DNA of 31,589 nt, taken from positions 1 through 31,589 of IMG/VR virus record IMGVR_UViG_3300014613_001720; one strand, 5' to 3'. The stretch is from a virus (taxonomy: Duplodnaviria > Caudoviricetes). The first letter of the stretch is position 1; the number at the start of each line of letters is the position of its first letter. Positions 8,165-18,161 of the stretch are shown here, one piece after another. The translations under genes and the position numbers were made by a program. The notes below the pieces were generated by a model. The model had not been told where the DNA came from. It searched no databases and saw only the letters and a list, made by a program, of their open reading frames with translations.

Positions 8165-10729
8165 TTATGCAACCGTGCAACCATTCTGACCCAAGATAAT
8201 CCATCCAGCATCCATCCACATAAGTATGCAACTATCCCCAACATCATTAAATGTAATCGTAGCAAACCCGTGAGGTGTAGTTGGAGTCAAAGTGCCGTCT
8301 CCACCATCAGTTTTCATCTTGATAATTTTAATCTGTCCCTCTGCACCGTTAGCAAGAGTTAATGCATCTGCAGCAGTTGTAACAAGAAGTGTCTTAAGTG
8401 CCGTTATGTTTACTGCACCAGCACCAGTTAAGGTCTCTGCAGTTTGATCTAAGAATATAAGCCCACCAAGATTAGCCCTGCCATTAAAATCACTAATACC
8501 AGTTACTACATTAATCGCATTTTTAGTTGCATCTGTGCAGGTCAAGTTGAGCAAATTGTTATTGGTAGAAATCGCCTGAACCAAGTAACTTCCAGCAGAA
8601 GCCGCAGCAGTATCCCTCAAATTCACCATGAACCCAGTAGAAGCTGCCTGTGCAGTCCCACTAAAAGCCGCATCAATCAAGGTTGAACCAACATGAGCTA
8701 ATGCACCATCACTAGTAATATCTACTAATCCTATACCATCCGCACCCACAAATCCATTAGCACCTGTAGAACCATCAAGAACCACTAATGGAGTTGTCTG
8801 TCCATTAGCACAAATCATACCTAACCCTTTACCTGTAACAGTATTAACAGTCCCCTTTAACACATATCCATCACCAGTAACCGCAACAACAATACCATCT
8901 TTATCTTGAGTAGCATCAAGCTGAGTAACCGTCAAGGCATCTAATCCTAAGTTGTCCGCACAATAAATCAATGCATTAGGAGCAACATAAAGTCCCCTAT
9001 TAGCAGTAGAAGCGATATAGGTGTTGTAAGAAGTCCCCGCTACCGCAGCGGTGTCAACTGAACGGATACACATGCCATTTGTAGAGTTAGTAAAAGCACC
9101 AGTAGAATGTTCAATATCAACGAGGTAACTTGCGGCTGTATTAGCACCAGTTGATGCAACGCGAACCATACTTGCCCCAGCAGCCATTATGCCGCTGGAA
9201 TTTAAGTCAATTAATCCAACTCCATTAGCACCAGTCCATGCACCAGTAATATTTACTGCTTTTTGTGCCAACTGATTAGCCATCGTAATACCAACAACAT
9301 CACCAGTTCTTGCCGCACTTGCACTAATCCCGATTGCCGCTAAATCTCCAGCATGAGTAATTTCTAATCCATAGGCATTGCCAGTCGCCTTCTGGTCTAA
9401 CAATAATGCCGAACCAGTAGCCCCTGTATGTGTCTGCTCAATTTCTAAAACAGCCGATGTGCTTGTTGCATGATTCTTTTTAAAATAACTCCCCTCATCT
9501 CCAGTCCAATCAACCGTAAGAATGCCCAAATCCACATCAATGTCACCAGCAGTTAATTGAATATCTCCAGTAGTAACGGTAATCATGTCTGTAGAAGCAA
9601 GTCCTCTAATAACTTGAGCACCATCCAATCCTAAAGTGAAAACGGTATTAGCCCCATCATATGCTTTAATAAAATTACCAACAAAACCTGCGGCAGAACT
9701 TTCTAAATAAGCAAGTGAACCTGAAGTGCAAGCATCCGCAACTATAGAAAGCGATTTTCCCGTCGTGATAGATGAAGCAATTGCTATGTCTGTATGAGAA
9801 GTGCCAGCAAAGGTGAAAACACCAGCATTTTCAGCAACCGCATCTGTCCATATTAATTTACCATCAGATATAGTTACATCACCAGAAATAGTAGGACTAT
9901 TTAAAGAAGTCCCCAAAAGTTGAGAAAGGGTAATACCAGCAGGATAGGCTATTCTGTTAGCCCAATCAAAAAGAACTAAGTTTGAACCATCAAAATAGAG
10001 TGCGGAATCTGTTGCCCCAGATGCGCCAAGGGCTAAGTTGATATTATCAGCAGCAATAACGATGGGTTGAGTCGTAGTTAATGTTCCTGATAAGGTAGCG
10101 CCACCATCTTTTAAAATAACACTATCAATGGTTACTCCCGTAGCCCCTGTCTTTTCATTAATAACATCACAATAGGGCTGGCTATCTTTTAATTTAACAC
10201 CATCAATCGTTACCCCTGCGGTAACTGTTTTTTCGTTAATAACATCGCAATAAGGCTCTGAATCTTTTAGCTTCACCCCATCAATAGTAACACCCGCAGC
10301 AGAACTAAACTCCGAAATAACATCTGACAAAACCGCAGTATCAGCATAAATGTTCTTAGCCCCAACCGAGGCTGAACCGACATCATAAGAATTGGTTGTG
10401 TCAAAAAGTAAGGAAGCATTGATTGCGGTAGTGCCTAAATTGTTTAAAGTTGTAGTTACATAACCAGTAACATCACCAATAATCACACCATCTGATTCTG
10501 GCTCGCCAGGTTCACCAGCAGCTAATCGTATTTTTCCAAGCGAATCTGCCCAAAGAGTAGCACCTGTTCCAAGCACGCCCGCATCATCAACGTTACCAAA
10601 AATCAACATACCAGGCTTTTTTGCTTCCTGCTTGGCTGGAAGATAAAATTTTAACTGTTTTACATTTTCTCTGCTCGCAATAGACAAAAGTGAATGGTCG
10701 TATCGCAAGCTCCACGCTACAACAGCCAT
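8165..10729 (-). CDS. Long head fibre / capsid-associated fibre protein
   Basis: Directly after the major capsid gene; Gly/Ala/Thr-rich; 3 x 26-aa repeats (DVI.E....GVTID.V.LKD); C-terminal ALTLA.G.EGQIK...GDS..L.W...GW domain seen in phage fibres. Confidence 0.65.
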   Translation of the reverse strand: MAVVAWSLRYDHSLLSIASRENVKQLKFYLPAKQEAKKPGMLIFGNVDDAGVLGTGATLWADSLGKIRLAAGEPGEPESDGVIIGDVTGYVTTTLNNLGTTAINASLLFDTTNSYDVGSASVGAKNIYADTAVLSDVISEFSSAAGVTIDGVKLKDSEPYCDVINEKTVTAGVTIDGVKLKDSQPYCDVINEKTGATGVTIDSVILKDGGATLSGTLTTTQPIVIAADNINLALGASGATDSALYFDGSNLVLFDWANRIAYPAGITLSQLLGTSLNSPTISGDVTISDGKLIWTDAVAENAGVFTFAGTSHTDIAIASSITTGKSLSIVADACTSGSLAYLESSAAGFVGNFIKAYDGANTVFTLGLDGAQVIRGLASTDMITVTTGDIQLTAGDIDVDLGILTVDWTGDEGSYFKKNHATSTSAVLEIEQTHTGATGSALLLDQKATGNAYGLEITHAGDLAAIGISASAARTGDVVGITMANQLAQKAVNITGAWTGANGVGLIDLNSSGIMAAGASMVRVASTGANTAASYLVDIEHSTGAFTNSTNGMCIRSVDTAAVAGTSYNTYIASTANRGLYVAPNALIYCADNLGLDALTVTQLDATQDKDGIVVAVTGDGYVLKGTVNTVTGKGLGMICANGQTTPLVVLDGSTGANGFVGADGIGLVDITSDGALAHVGSTLIDAAFSGTAQAASTGFMVNLRDTAAASAGSYLVQAISTNNNLLNLTCTDATKNAINVVTGISDFNGRANLGGLIFLDQTAETLTGAGAVNITALKTLLVTTAADALTLANGAEGQIKIIKMKTDGGDGTLTPTTPHGFATITFNDVGDSCILMWMDAGWIILGQNGCTVA

Positions 10730-10782
10730 TTAAAAAAACCTCCTATTCACTACCTCCTCCACCCCGAATAGGATAGAGCAGG

Positions 10783-10804
10783 AAAGGGGGTAGAATTTAC
10801 CCCC
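10783..10804 (-). terminator. Intrinsic terminator after the major capsid gene
   Basis: GGGGGTA-AATTC-TACCCCC-TTT on the minus strand. Confidence 0.65.
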
Positions 10805-10839
10805 GTCCCTTTTATGTAACTTCGTAATTTCAATCTGTA

Positions 10840-11751
10840 TTACGCTCCAATAGAAATGTAAATATATCTAGCATCGGAGAACCCGTAGCTAAACATCTGC
10901 TCTGATGTGCAGTAAGTGTTTCTGCTCGTATTAGGAGCATCCTGAACGACAAAGTCAGGTTCTTGAGATGTAGCAACAAAGAGTCCGTAATTTTCATGCT
11001 CCGTTGCCGCCAACATCCATTGGTCTGCATCTGTCATTCTGTGATAAACGAATAGTTTTAAATCCCACTCAGGAAAGATATTCTTTGTGTTTTCCAAACT
11101 GAAGGGAACTTTGTCGCTTCCAACTAACTGTCTTGCCCGAATCTGGTCTTGAGGTGTCACAATGAGCTTATTCGGCACTGCTGGCGCAATTTTATTAGTA
11201 TCGTCAACAATAGTGTCAAAATAAATATAAGCATCACTGAGTCCCGTTACTGATAAATCCACGTCCCCTCTGTTGTCATAAGTCGTGCCATCCAAGTTTG
11301 TGTGCCCATTATTAGCAATAGACAACCCATCAAACCCTGAACCGTAAGTCGTGGCAGTAGGAGCATTAATTAATTGTGCTATTTTAATGTCCTTCATTTC
11401 ATACTCGCACTTTTTCAAGTCTCTAGTAAATTTTTCCATTAAGTCATGACGGTTAAATTTCTTCATCATTTTAGTAATCGTGAAGCCAGAACCGAATCGG
11501 ACTTGAGTCCAGTCTTTTGTCTGCCCGTAAGTCGGGTCATAGGTAGGAATGTTAGCACCATCAGCAACTTCACCACCATGAGGCAAACCAGCAATTCTCA
11601 TCTTTCTGAAGTAATAATCATTTGTCTTAACTTCTTTAAAAACTTCAGGATATTCTACTAATTTTGCCCTGTCAGTATTGTCGTATAGTTCCTGTAGTGT
11701 TCCTGCCAATAAATCTTTGTTAGTTGATTCATCAAATCTAATGTTAATCAT
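10840..11751 (-). CDS. Major capsid protein (HK97 fold)
   Basis: 303 aa after scaffold and cement genes; DG..I.....G.GF.IT, G.DG..I....H, P..LIV.P motifs; followed by a terminator. Confidence 0.85.
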   Translation of the reverse strand: MINIRFDESTNKDLLAGTLQELYDNTDRAKLVEYPEVFKEVKTNDYYFRKMRIAGLPHGGEVADGANIPTYDPTYGQTKDWTQVRFGSGFTITKMMKKFNRHDLMEKFTRDLKKCEYEMKDIKIAQLINAPTATTYGSGFDGLSIANNGHTNLDGTTYDNRGDVDLSVTGLSDAYIYFDTIVDDTNKIAPAVPNKLIVTPQDQIRARQLVGSDKVPFSLENTKNIFPEWDLKLFVYHRMTDADQWMLAATEHENYGLFVATSQEPDFVVQDAPNTSRNTYCTSEQMFSYGFSDARYIYISIGA

Positions 11752-11772
11752 CTTGTCTCTCCATGTCTCCTA

Positions 11773-12213
11773 TTAGAATGTCTGGATATTAGCCTGCGTG
11801 AACCGAACATAATATCTACCACCACTTGTGCCAACCGCATCCCTAGGATCGAGGGCGATAACTCGCACTCTTGTGTTTTGCGTGTCTGAAATATCAACGA
11901 GCCATTCCGTTCCTGAAAGCACTACGCCATAAGCTACCCCAACCTGCGTCAAGGCTGTAGTCGTGTTGGATTTGCCAATAAAAAGAGAATCAGGGTCTAA
12001 CATGTAAACTTCTGTGCTATATGTGCCATCACTCGCCCCATTTTGACCAGAGCGAACAGATACACCATAAATGAGAGCAGGGTCAGCACCGCAAATCGTG
12101 AGATAACCAGCATTAACATATACCAGACCACCTTTTTCCCATACCGAGGTTCTGTATTCAGGAATAGTCGGAGAAACGTTAATTAAGTGTGGATACAATG
12201 GTTGAAAAGCCAT
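11773..12213 (-). CDS. Capsid cement/decoration protein
   Basis: G.LV....G.L.......I.GV pattern (beta-tulip-like); immediately upstream of the capsid gene. Confidence 0.65.
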   Translation of the reverse strand: MAFQPLYPHLINVSPTIPEYRTSVWEKGGLVYVNAGYLTICGADPALIYGVSVRSGQNGASDGTYSTEVYMLDPDSLFIGKSNTTTALTQVGVAYGVVLSGTEWLVDISDTQNTRVRVIALDPRDAVGTSGGRYYVRFTQANIQTF

Positions 12214-12268
12214 TTTGAAAATTCCTCCAAACGTAAAAATTCTTAATTCTACCGAGCAGATAAAGAAC

Positions 12269-12748
12269 CTAAACCTTCGTCAATTCCCCCAAAATCTCAT
12301 TAAGTTGAGAATCTTCCATTTCAGCACCCTCTATCTTGGTGGATGCCTTAAACTTATTCAAGGTCGCCTGCAATTCAGCATTAGACCTTGCTCTAGCAGC
12401 TAACTTGCGTTTCAAAAACTGTTCCAATGGACACTTCATAAGGACTAAATCACCTATTTGATACTGACCTTCCGCATTAAGCTTCAATCCTTCTGGAACT
12501 ACATCATCTTCTTTAGTAACAAAATCATAGCCACGAATGGCTCTGACTGTGTTAATCCTAAAGTCATCCTTATGAATCCAGTGATACCAGTAATCGCTAA
12601 TCTTGCCAGAGTCTTTAATTTTGTATTTGACCCTTTTGTCGGAATCGAAAAAGAATAAGCCTAATTCAGGATTCGATTTCTTTGTGTCTATTTTAGATTT
12701 TCGCTTATCAATAAAAGCAAAATCTCTAATCCGTTCTTGTAATAACAT
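12269..12748 (-). CDS. Conserved head-module protein
   Basis: Y.WI.....N......GY..V....GDL.LMK.P.E pattern typical of genes between scaffold and capsid in podoviruses. Confidence 0.55.
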   Translation of the reverse strand: MLLQERIRDFAFIDKRKSKIDTKKSNPELGLFFFDSDKRVKYKIKDSGKISDYWYHWIHKDDFRINTVRAIRGYDFVTKEDDVVPEGLKLNAEGQYQIGDLVLMKCPLEQFLKRKLAARARSNAELQATLNKFKASTKIEGAEMEDSQLNEILGELTKV

Positions 12749-12750
12749 TA

Positions 12751-13581
12751 TTATCTCCTCCCATCCCTAATTTTCATTGATCTTTGATAGGCTGATTCTT
12801 TCTGCTCTTTAGTAAAGCCCATCTTATCCCACATTTCTTCCCATTCAGCAGGATATTGCACCTGCGAGGAAGGGGCGTTCTGTGGTCTCACGCTTGAAGG
12901 CACTTCAGTCGTAACAGGTGTGGTTGACTGAGTAGGAGGTGTAGTAAGTTTAAATCCAGCATCCCTTCCCTTCAACTGCCAAGCCGCCATTTCCCATCCT
13001 TTAGGTTGCCTTAAAACATCGGGTCTAATTAGTCCAGACTGAACTCCACCATACATAACCTGATCTAATTCCTGCTCATTTAATCCTCGGAATAAATCAG
13101 GGTTTTGTAGTTTGGCTTGCTCTTTGGCAAATTGTGCCTGACTAAAAGACTCTTCATATTTTAGGCGTGCATACATTTTAGCGGTTTCTTCTTGAACTGC
13201 TTTTTTAGTCATTTTTGAAGGACTTTGAAGAAATCTGGAATCCTCCTCTGTGTCATCTTCAACGGGTTGTTGAACCTGCCTCTGCTGTTGCGCCTGTGCT
13301 TGCTGTTGTGCCTGTATTTGCTGAAACCATTGACGGAATTGAGCGTTTTCATTTCTTAAATCACCCACTTCTTTTGCCTGCCTTCCGTGTTCAGACTCTA
13401 ATTTTCTGTAAGCCTCAGCGACTTCTTCGGAAGATTTCTCCGCAAACTTTGGCTGTGTCTGCGGTTGGTCTATCCTCGGTAAATCCATGACGCTTTTGAC
13501 TGTTTGGGTCTCAGTGGGCTTACCAGCGTCTCCCTGTGGTGTCTGCTGGCTTCCCTGAGATTGTCCAACTGGTTCTGCCAT
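12751..13581 (-). CDS. Capsid scaffolding protein
   Basis: KF..KS.EE...AY..LE...G.Q..E.G.LR motif, Q-rich low-complexity linkers, position. Confidence 0.8.
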   Translation of the reverse strand: MAEPVGQSQGSQQTPQGDAGKPTETQTVKSVMDLPRIDQPQTQPKFAEKSSEEVAEAYRKLESEHGRQAKEVGDLRNENAQFRQWFQQIQAQQQAQAQQQRQVQQPVEDDTEEDSRFLQSPSKMTKKAVQEETAKMYARLKYEESFSQAQFAKEQAKLQNPDLFRGLNEQELDQVMYGGVQSGLIRPDVLRQPKGWEMAAWQLKGRDAGFKLTTPPTQSTTPVTTEVPSSVRPQNAPSSQVQYPAEWEEMWDKMGFTKEQKESAYQRSMKIRDGRR

Positions 13582-13604
13582 TAAATTACCTCCAAAAATA
13601 TCTT

Positions 13605-13640
13605 AAAGGGGTAATCAGTCATCCTGATTATTGTCCCTTT
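13605..13640 (-). promoter_or_regulatory. Stem-loop in the scaffold leader (terminator or processing site)
   Basis: AAAGGG..TAATCAG-GATGA-CTGATTA..CCCTTT nested inverted repeat. Confidence 0.45.
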
Positions 13641-13643
13641 TAT

Positions 13644-14210
13644 TCATACAATTACTCCCTTTTGAGGGGTTGATTGATTTAAATATTGTTCCTCACCTGT
13701 TCTAAACCGTTCAATTTGGTCATATAACCAAATATGATAATCAATATTCTTATCAACAGTATCGCAAGTAAGTGCTTTTTTATTTGCTTCCCTACAGAAC
13801 TCGAAGGGAACTACAACAATGACTAATTCCTCATGATCTTCATAACAAAAACCAACACATCCGAAAACATCCGCATACTTCCCTTGACTGACAATATATC
13901 CAACAACATCCACGCCATAAACAGCTCACCACATCCTGTTCTGCAAATAGCACGAATCCCCATCACATTTACCTTTAAGCCATCTAAAACTAAAGACCAT
14001 ACCAAATTGGTCTGTCTTTTCTATAATCCTAACATCCATGTCTTTTTCTAAATTAGACATATCTTCATTAATGCTATCTTCTATTTGCTTTATTGACATA
14101 ACTCCCCAATCTTGGGTATAAAAATCCCTATCTTCCCGTTCTATGTCTGCTAATGCGATAACGGAACACAGAATGAAAAGCATAAGTCCTAAAAGTAACT
14201 TCTTAATCAC
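13644..14210 (-). pseudogene. Secreted Cys-containing protein interrupted by one in-frame TGA (pseudogene or readthrough)
   Basis: ORFs 13926..14210 and 13644..13913 share a frame: ...NRMW*AVYGVDVV...; N-terminal signal peptide MIKKLLLGLMLFILCSVIALA. Confidence 0.55.
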
Positions 14211-14226
14211 CTTAAACCTCTTTATC

Positions 14227-14466
14227 TCATTTAGTAATCACTTCGCCCTCTAAGGCTTTTATTATTCTATCAGGAAAGGATTTAATTCTTTTAAAACCCT
14301 CATTTATTCCCTGTAAAAACTTCATTTCCTCCATCTCTGCCTTACTAGCATTACCTAAGTGTTCTATGTTATTTAGTTTTTCCTTATCTAACAATGCCTC
14401 ATACAATCTCCAGAAATCACCTTGCCTGAACCTATCCCATTCTTTTAATGCTTTCTCAGGATTCAT
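14227..14466 (-). CDS. Small helical head-module protein
   Basis: W......L......LQG..........P pattern common just after podoviral portals. Confidence 0.55.
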   Translation of the reverse strand: MNPEKALKEWDRFRQGDFWRLYEALLDKEKLNNIEHLGNASKAEMEEMKFLQGINEGFKRIKSFPDRIIKALEGEVITK

Positions 14467-14765
14467 TCTTTTGTTAATCCCTTTTTTAAAAATTCTATTA
14501 ATTCCTTCAATTGTTTCTGTTGTTTTGGAGTATCTAATTGCATAGTTATGTTTCCGTTATGCCAAAATTTTCTATTTTTAAAAAGATAATAAAAAACTTT
14601 TTTTATTCTACCTAAAAACCCATCATCATCTACGTTCATTTGTATCTCTAATGCACGAAAAGGTGAGTTATCATCAAATCGCCACGTTTCAAGATGAAGA
14701 TAAATGGGATGAAAAACCTCTCCACATTCACATCTGATTATGAATTCATTATTTGTTATCCACAT
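14463..14765 (-). CDS. Hypothetical protein
   Basis: Overlapping start/stop with both neighbours; CxC..H motif. Confidence 0.6.
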   Translation of the reverse strand: MWITNNEFIIRCECGEVFHPIYLHLETWRFDDNSPFRALEIQMNVDDDGFLGRIKKVFYYLFKNRKFWHNGNITMQLDTPKQQKQLKELIEFLKKGLTKE

Positions 14766-16828
14766 TATCTAACCATCCCTCCTTGTGGTCTTTGTGGCAT
14801 TGGTCTTTGCTGTGGTCTTTGCGGAGGTCTTTGAGGTTGCCCCTGTGGTTGACCCTGTTGAGGCATCTGCCCTTGCTGAGGGGGCATCCCCTGTGGAGGC
14901 ATCGGTGGGGGTGTCTGTTGAGCCAATTCGGCTGGTATTTCCTTAATCAATTCGGAAGCATCAATAATGTCAAAATCCTCAAATATCCTCTGCATCAATT
15001 TCTTGCCAGTCTTACTAACTTCAATGATATACTCCTTCATGGCAGGTGGAACATTCGGAGAAACAACAGCAGAAATCATGCCACCCAGTTTATTGCTGTA
15101 ATCTGACAACATGGCATATGCTTGCTGGTTTCTAGCAATCCTAACCTCAGTATTTAAGAGTTCGGTAGAAGCCGCCATATCAACAGCAATACCATCCCGT
15201 ATGTATTCCAGGGGAAAGTTAAGAGTTCTGGACTGCACAACTTCCGTTTTACTGTCCACCTCTATCCATACGGGTTGATATTGAGCAAACAACTCAAGCA
15301 ACATCATGCCCGTTTCTCCCAAATCGCCCCTAAAGTTCTCAATCCCGAACTTAAACTTCTTATTCGCTTCCTGCAATAATAAATTTGTATCTTTAGCTAC
15401 AGGTCTTTCCGAAGTGGGTTGACCCATAACATGAGGAGTAACCCCTACGGATTTCTCCGCATAAGAATTTAAAACAGATTCTTCCTGCCAAGTGCTTGCA
15501 TAGACATCAGAAAACCTGAGTTCCTTGATAGATGTTTCAATATCATCCACATCCCATATCTTACCAGGATATATCTTGAAATCAGTAGAAGTGCTGTCAG
15601 ACCTCCTGATATACATAGGGGCATTAATCTGATTCATCCTGTCCAGCCTCTGATTATGCTGAGTATTGACCTCATGTTGTATTTGCTCAAGTATCTGGCA
15701 CGTCCCATCACCATCAAAAGAATATTCAACGGGATAAAAAACAAGGTCTTTAAATGGTCTCATGCCATAAAAGAATGGGTTATAAATAGCCCTGCAAATA
15801 GTCTTGTTCTGGTGATACCAGACAACACAAATATCATCCTCTTCCCCATCATCATCTACATCAAACTTAGTCCAAATCTCATACATCCTAAATTTATCTG
15901 GAACAGTAATCCTAATGTCAATACCCTTGGAAGCCAATCTCTCCTGCTTAGTGTCATCCAGTTCTTGAGGACTATAAAACTTATCTATAATCTCAGGGTA
16001 GTAATATCCCTGCTTTATCCGCAATTCCACTTCTGGCTTGCGTAAATAAAACCGCATTCCCACCATTCTTGCATCTTTAATGCTAGAAGCATCTGGAGAA
16101 ATAAGAAAATCCTCTCTGGGAACAGGACGAACAACAGGCCCTTCATAAATGGTAACAGGCATCTTAACAACCAGTTCCCCTTCCGCAGTCCTGTATTTCT
16201 TTAATTTCTTGTCTTTCTTTTCTTCCTCGGTAGCATACCTGACAACCGTTCGTTTCTTCCTCACATAGTCAAACTTGATTATCCCAACACCAGTCTTAAT
16301 AGATTGCATAATAGGGGAATAAAGGGTCTTTTTAAGATGTGCTACCCATTTCTGCCACCAATCAAAGCTATCTTCCAGCTTCTTAACAATGTCTGCAAGC
16401 TCAGGCTTTAGTGCCTTGAAAACCCATACCTTCCGTTGCCCGAAAAGCACATCAAAAACACGCACAACAATGGTATCAGTAAGCCAACGAGTAAGGGGAA
16501 TGAAGATATTGGCACAGCCAGGGTATGGATCGGACTTTGGTTCTGCTATGCCCTGATACTGTTTATTCCATTTGCGTATCTTATCTTCTTGGACATAACT
16601 AGCCTGAATAGACTCCTCCACTTCTCTTGCAATCTCATATTCTAAGGCTTGTTTTACAGTGCGACCGTCTTTGAGCTTTCTGTCCAAATCAATCGGACAT
16701 CCGCCCAGAAATGGTTCTTCGTCTGTCTTTGTCTGAAAAGACGGGTCATCACTTGGTTTGGGTGGGTTACTTAGATTTTTTGGTGCTTGGCTTTTTAACT
16801 CTTCTAATATTCCTGTTACTTCTGGCAA
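14765..16828 (-). CDS. Portal protein (P22 gp1-like)
   Basis: 687 aa; P.PG..N...P, DF...P.A, E.W...D.D.DG..E, PF....Y.......G.G motifs; P/Q-rich C-terminal tail; TTG start with AGGAG SD. Confidence 0.85.
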   Translation of the reverse strand: MPEVTGILEELKSQAPKNLSNPPKPSDDPSFQTKTDEEPFLGGCPIDLDRKLKDGRTVKQALEYEIAREVEESIQASYVQEDKIRKWNKQYQGIAEPKSDPYPGCANIFIPLTRWLTDTIVVRVFDVLFGQRKVWVFKALKPELADIVKKLEDSFDWWQKWVAHLKKTLYSPIMQSIKTGVGIIKFDYVRKKRTVVRYATEEEKKDKKLKKYRTAEGELVVKMPVTIYEGPVVRPVPREDFLISPDASSIKDARMVGMRFYLRKPEVELRIKQGYYYPEIIDKFYSPQELDDTKQERLASKGIDIRITVPDKFRMYEIWTKFDVDDDGEEDDICVVWYHQNKTICRAIYNPFFYGMRPFKDLVFYPVEYSFDGDGTCQILEQIQHEVNTQHNQRLDRMNQINAPMYIRRSDSTSTDFKIYPGKIWDVDDIETSIKELRFSDVYASTWQEESVLNSYAEKSVGVTPHVMGQPTSERPVAKDTNLLLQEANKKFKFGIENFRGDLGETGMMLLELFAQYQPVWIEVDSKTEVVQSRTLNFPLEYIRDGIAVDMAASTELLNTEVRIARNQQAYAMLSDYSNKLGGMISAVVSPNVPPAMKEYIIEVSKTGKKLMQRIFEDFDIIDASELIKEIPAELAQQTPPPMPPQGMPPQQGQMPQQGQPQGQPQRPPQRPQQRPMPQRPQGGMVR

Positions 16829-16996
16829 AAGACCTTCTCCTGCGAACTAATAGGTCTTTGTTTGCATTATCCCCAAATTTAGTTGTTATCATTTTGTTAA
16901 AATAAATAAGTTGTCTCTCTTTTACTCATTACTGAGCACCGACCACAAAAGACAACCACAATTAAGCCCATCATATTAGAGAGTGGTTTCTCCATC

Positions 16997-17185
16997 CTAG
17001 GTATCGACAGGCTTTGGTTTATAAAAGATACAGCCAAAATCCTCTTTGACTGCTAACTTCCTGTTGCCACTAAATACAAGTTCGTTGTGGCAATATCCAT
17101 AAAAGGGAAAGTTTATTATCTCAACGATTCCCGTAGGTTCTACTCTTTGCCAATGCTGGCAATTCTTACATAACTTTTTAGTCAT
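16997..17185 (-). CDS. Small Cys-rich protein
   Basis: CxxCxxW...G.C...DFGC..Y. Confidence 0.6.
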   Translation of the reverse strand: MTKKLCKNCQHWQRVEPTGIVEIINFPFYGYCHNELVFSGNRKLAVKEDFGCIFYKPKPVDT

Positions 17186-17322
17186 TATTTCTTTTTTTCT
17201 CTCTTCGGTTTCCAGTGAAACTTTTCTCTGAGAGTTCCGAAAATATAAGCATTCAAGCGTTCACCGCTTAATCCTTTTTTCCTGCCCTGCTTTCTTAACT
17301 TCTCTTCTTCTTTCTTTGGCAT
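17185..17322 (-). CDS. Small basic phage protein (45 aa)
   Basis: Below the ORF-track cutoff: MPKKEEEKLRKQGRKKGLSGERLNAYIFGTLREKFHWKPKREKKK; AAGGAG SD. Confidence 0.7.
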   Translation of the reverse strand: MPKKEEEKLRKQGRKKGLSGERLNAYIFGTLREKFHWKPKREKKK

Positions 17323-17375
17323 ATTTACTCCTTTTAATCAGACCCTGCCTCCCTCCTCTGGCATTTTTTGTGGGT

Positions 17376-17636
17376 CTAGTTTTTCCCACCTTCCGTCGAA
17401 GGCGCACCCTTTTTGTCAGAAGTTTTATCACGATAAAACTGGCGAAATTCTTTCATCTTTTTTAACGCTCCTTTAGTGATGCGAGATACATTCGCCATAA
17501 ACTCCTTCTCCACTCCATCCCAATCGTCATTGATGATAGAGTTCATCGGTGTTTTTATTGTCACATAAAAGTTTTCAGGTCTCTTTCTTTCTTCTTGTTT
17601 ACTGGAATCTTGCTTTAAGGCATCTGGAATTTCCAT
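17376..17636 (-). CDS. Hypothetical protein
   Basis: AGGAG SD; operon context. Confidence 0.6.
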   Translation of the reverse strand: MEIPDALKQDSSKQEERKRPENFYVTIKTPMNSIINDDWDGVEKEFMANVSRITKGALKKMKEFRQFYRDKTSDKKGAPSTEGGKN

Positions 17637-17652
17637 TTATCTCCTATTCTTA

Positions 17653-17856
17653 TTAATAATCTCCTGAAGTAGTAATTAATACAGTTCCACATTTTTTACA
17701 ATATAACCTAATCTTCTGTGTTCGGACAGAAGAGGTTGATGAGCCAATGGGTGCTTCTAACCATGTATTGATTAGCTGAAAATCATGTCCAAAATCACAG
17801 CTACCCCCTATTATTCTAGGGCTTGGAATATGAACAATCCTTTTCTTATCTTTCAT
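17653..17856 (-). CDS. Small Zn-ribbon protein
   Basis: C..GH.F ... CKKCG; directly downstream of a consensus promoter. Confidence 0.65.
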   Translation of the reverse strand: MKDKKRIVHIPSPRIIGGSCDFGHDFQLINTWLEAPIGSSTSSVRTQKIRLYCKKCGTVLITTSGDY

Positions 17857-17864
17857 TCTCTCTT

Positions 17865-17893
17865 ATTATAGCACAGAAAGTTCCTTTTGTCAA
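17865..17893 (-). promoter_or_regulatory. sigma70-type promoter
   Basis: TTGACA-17bp-TATAAT with TGTGn extended -10. Confidence 0.85.
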
Positions 17894-17936
17894 GTGATTT
17901 CTTCATTTATTTTTCACTACCCCGAGAAAACATTTT

Positions 17937-18161
17937 TCAAGGACTCGGCATTTCTGTGTTTTTATCAAATTGAAATATAATTTTGCATTTTAATTCATAA
18001 GAATCTCCGTCTGAAATGGATAGTCTAGGGAGATGAGTTACACACATTAACCCTTCTTTAGCGGTAAATATTAATTGCGGATAAAGCTCAAAACTTTTAT
18101 GCCTTACATTCCAAGGCCACCCAATTGTTATGCTATCATTTCTTGTTTCTTTATTTTTCAT
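17937..18161 (-). CDS. Hypothetical protein
   Basis: ATGA overlap with the upstream gene. Confidence 0.5.
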   Translation of the reverse strand: MKNKETRNDSITIGWPWNVRHKSFELYPQLIFTAKEGLMCVTHLPRLSISDGDSYELKCKIIFQFDKNTEMPSP

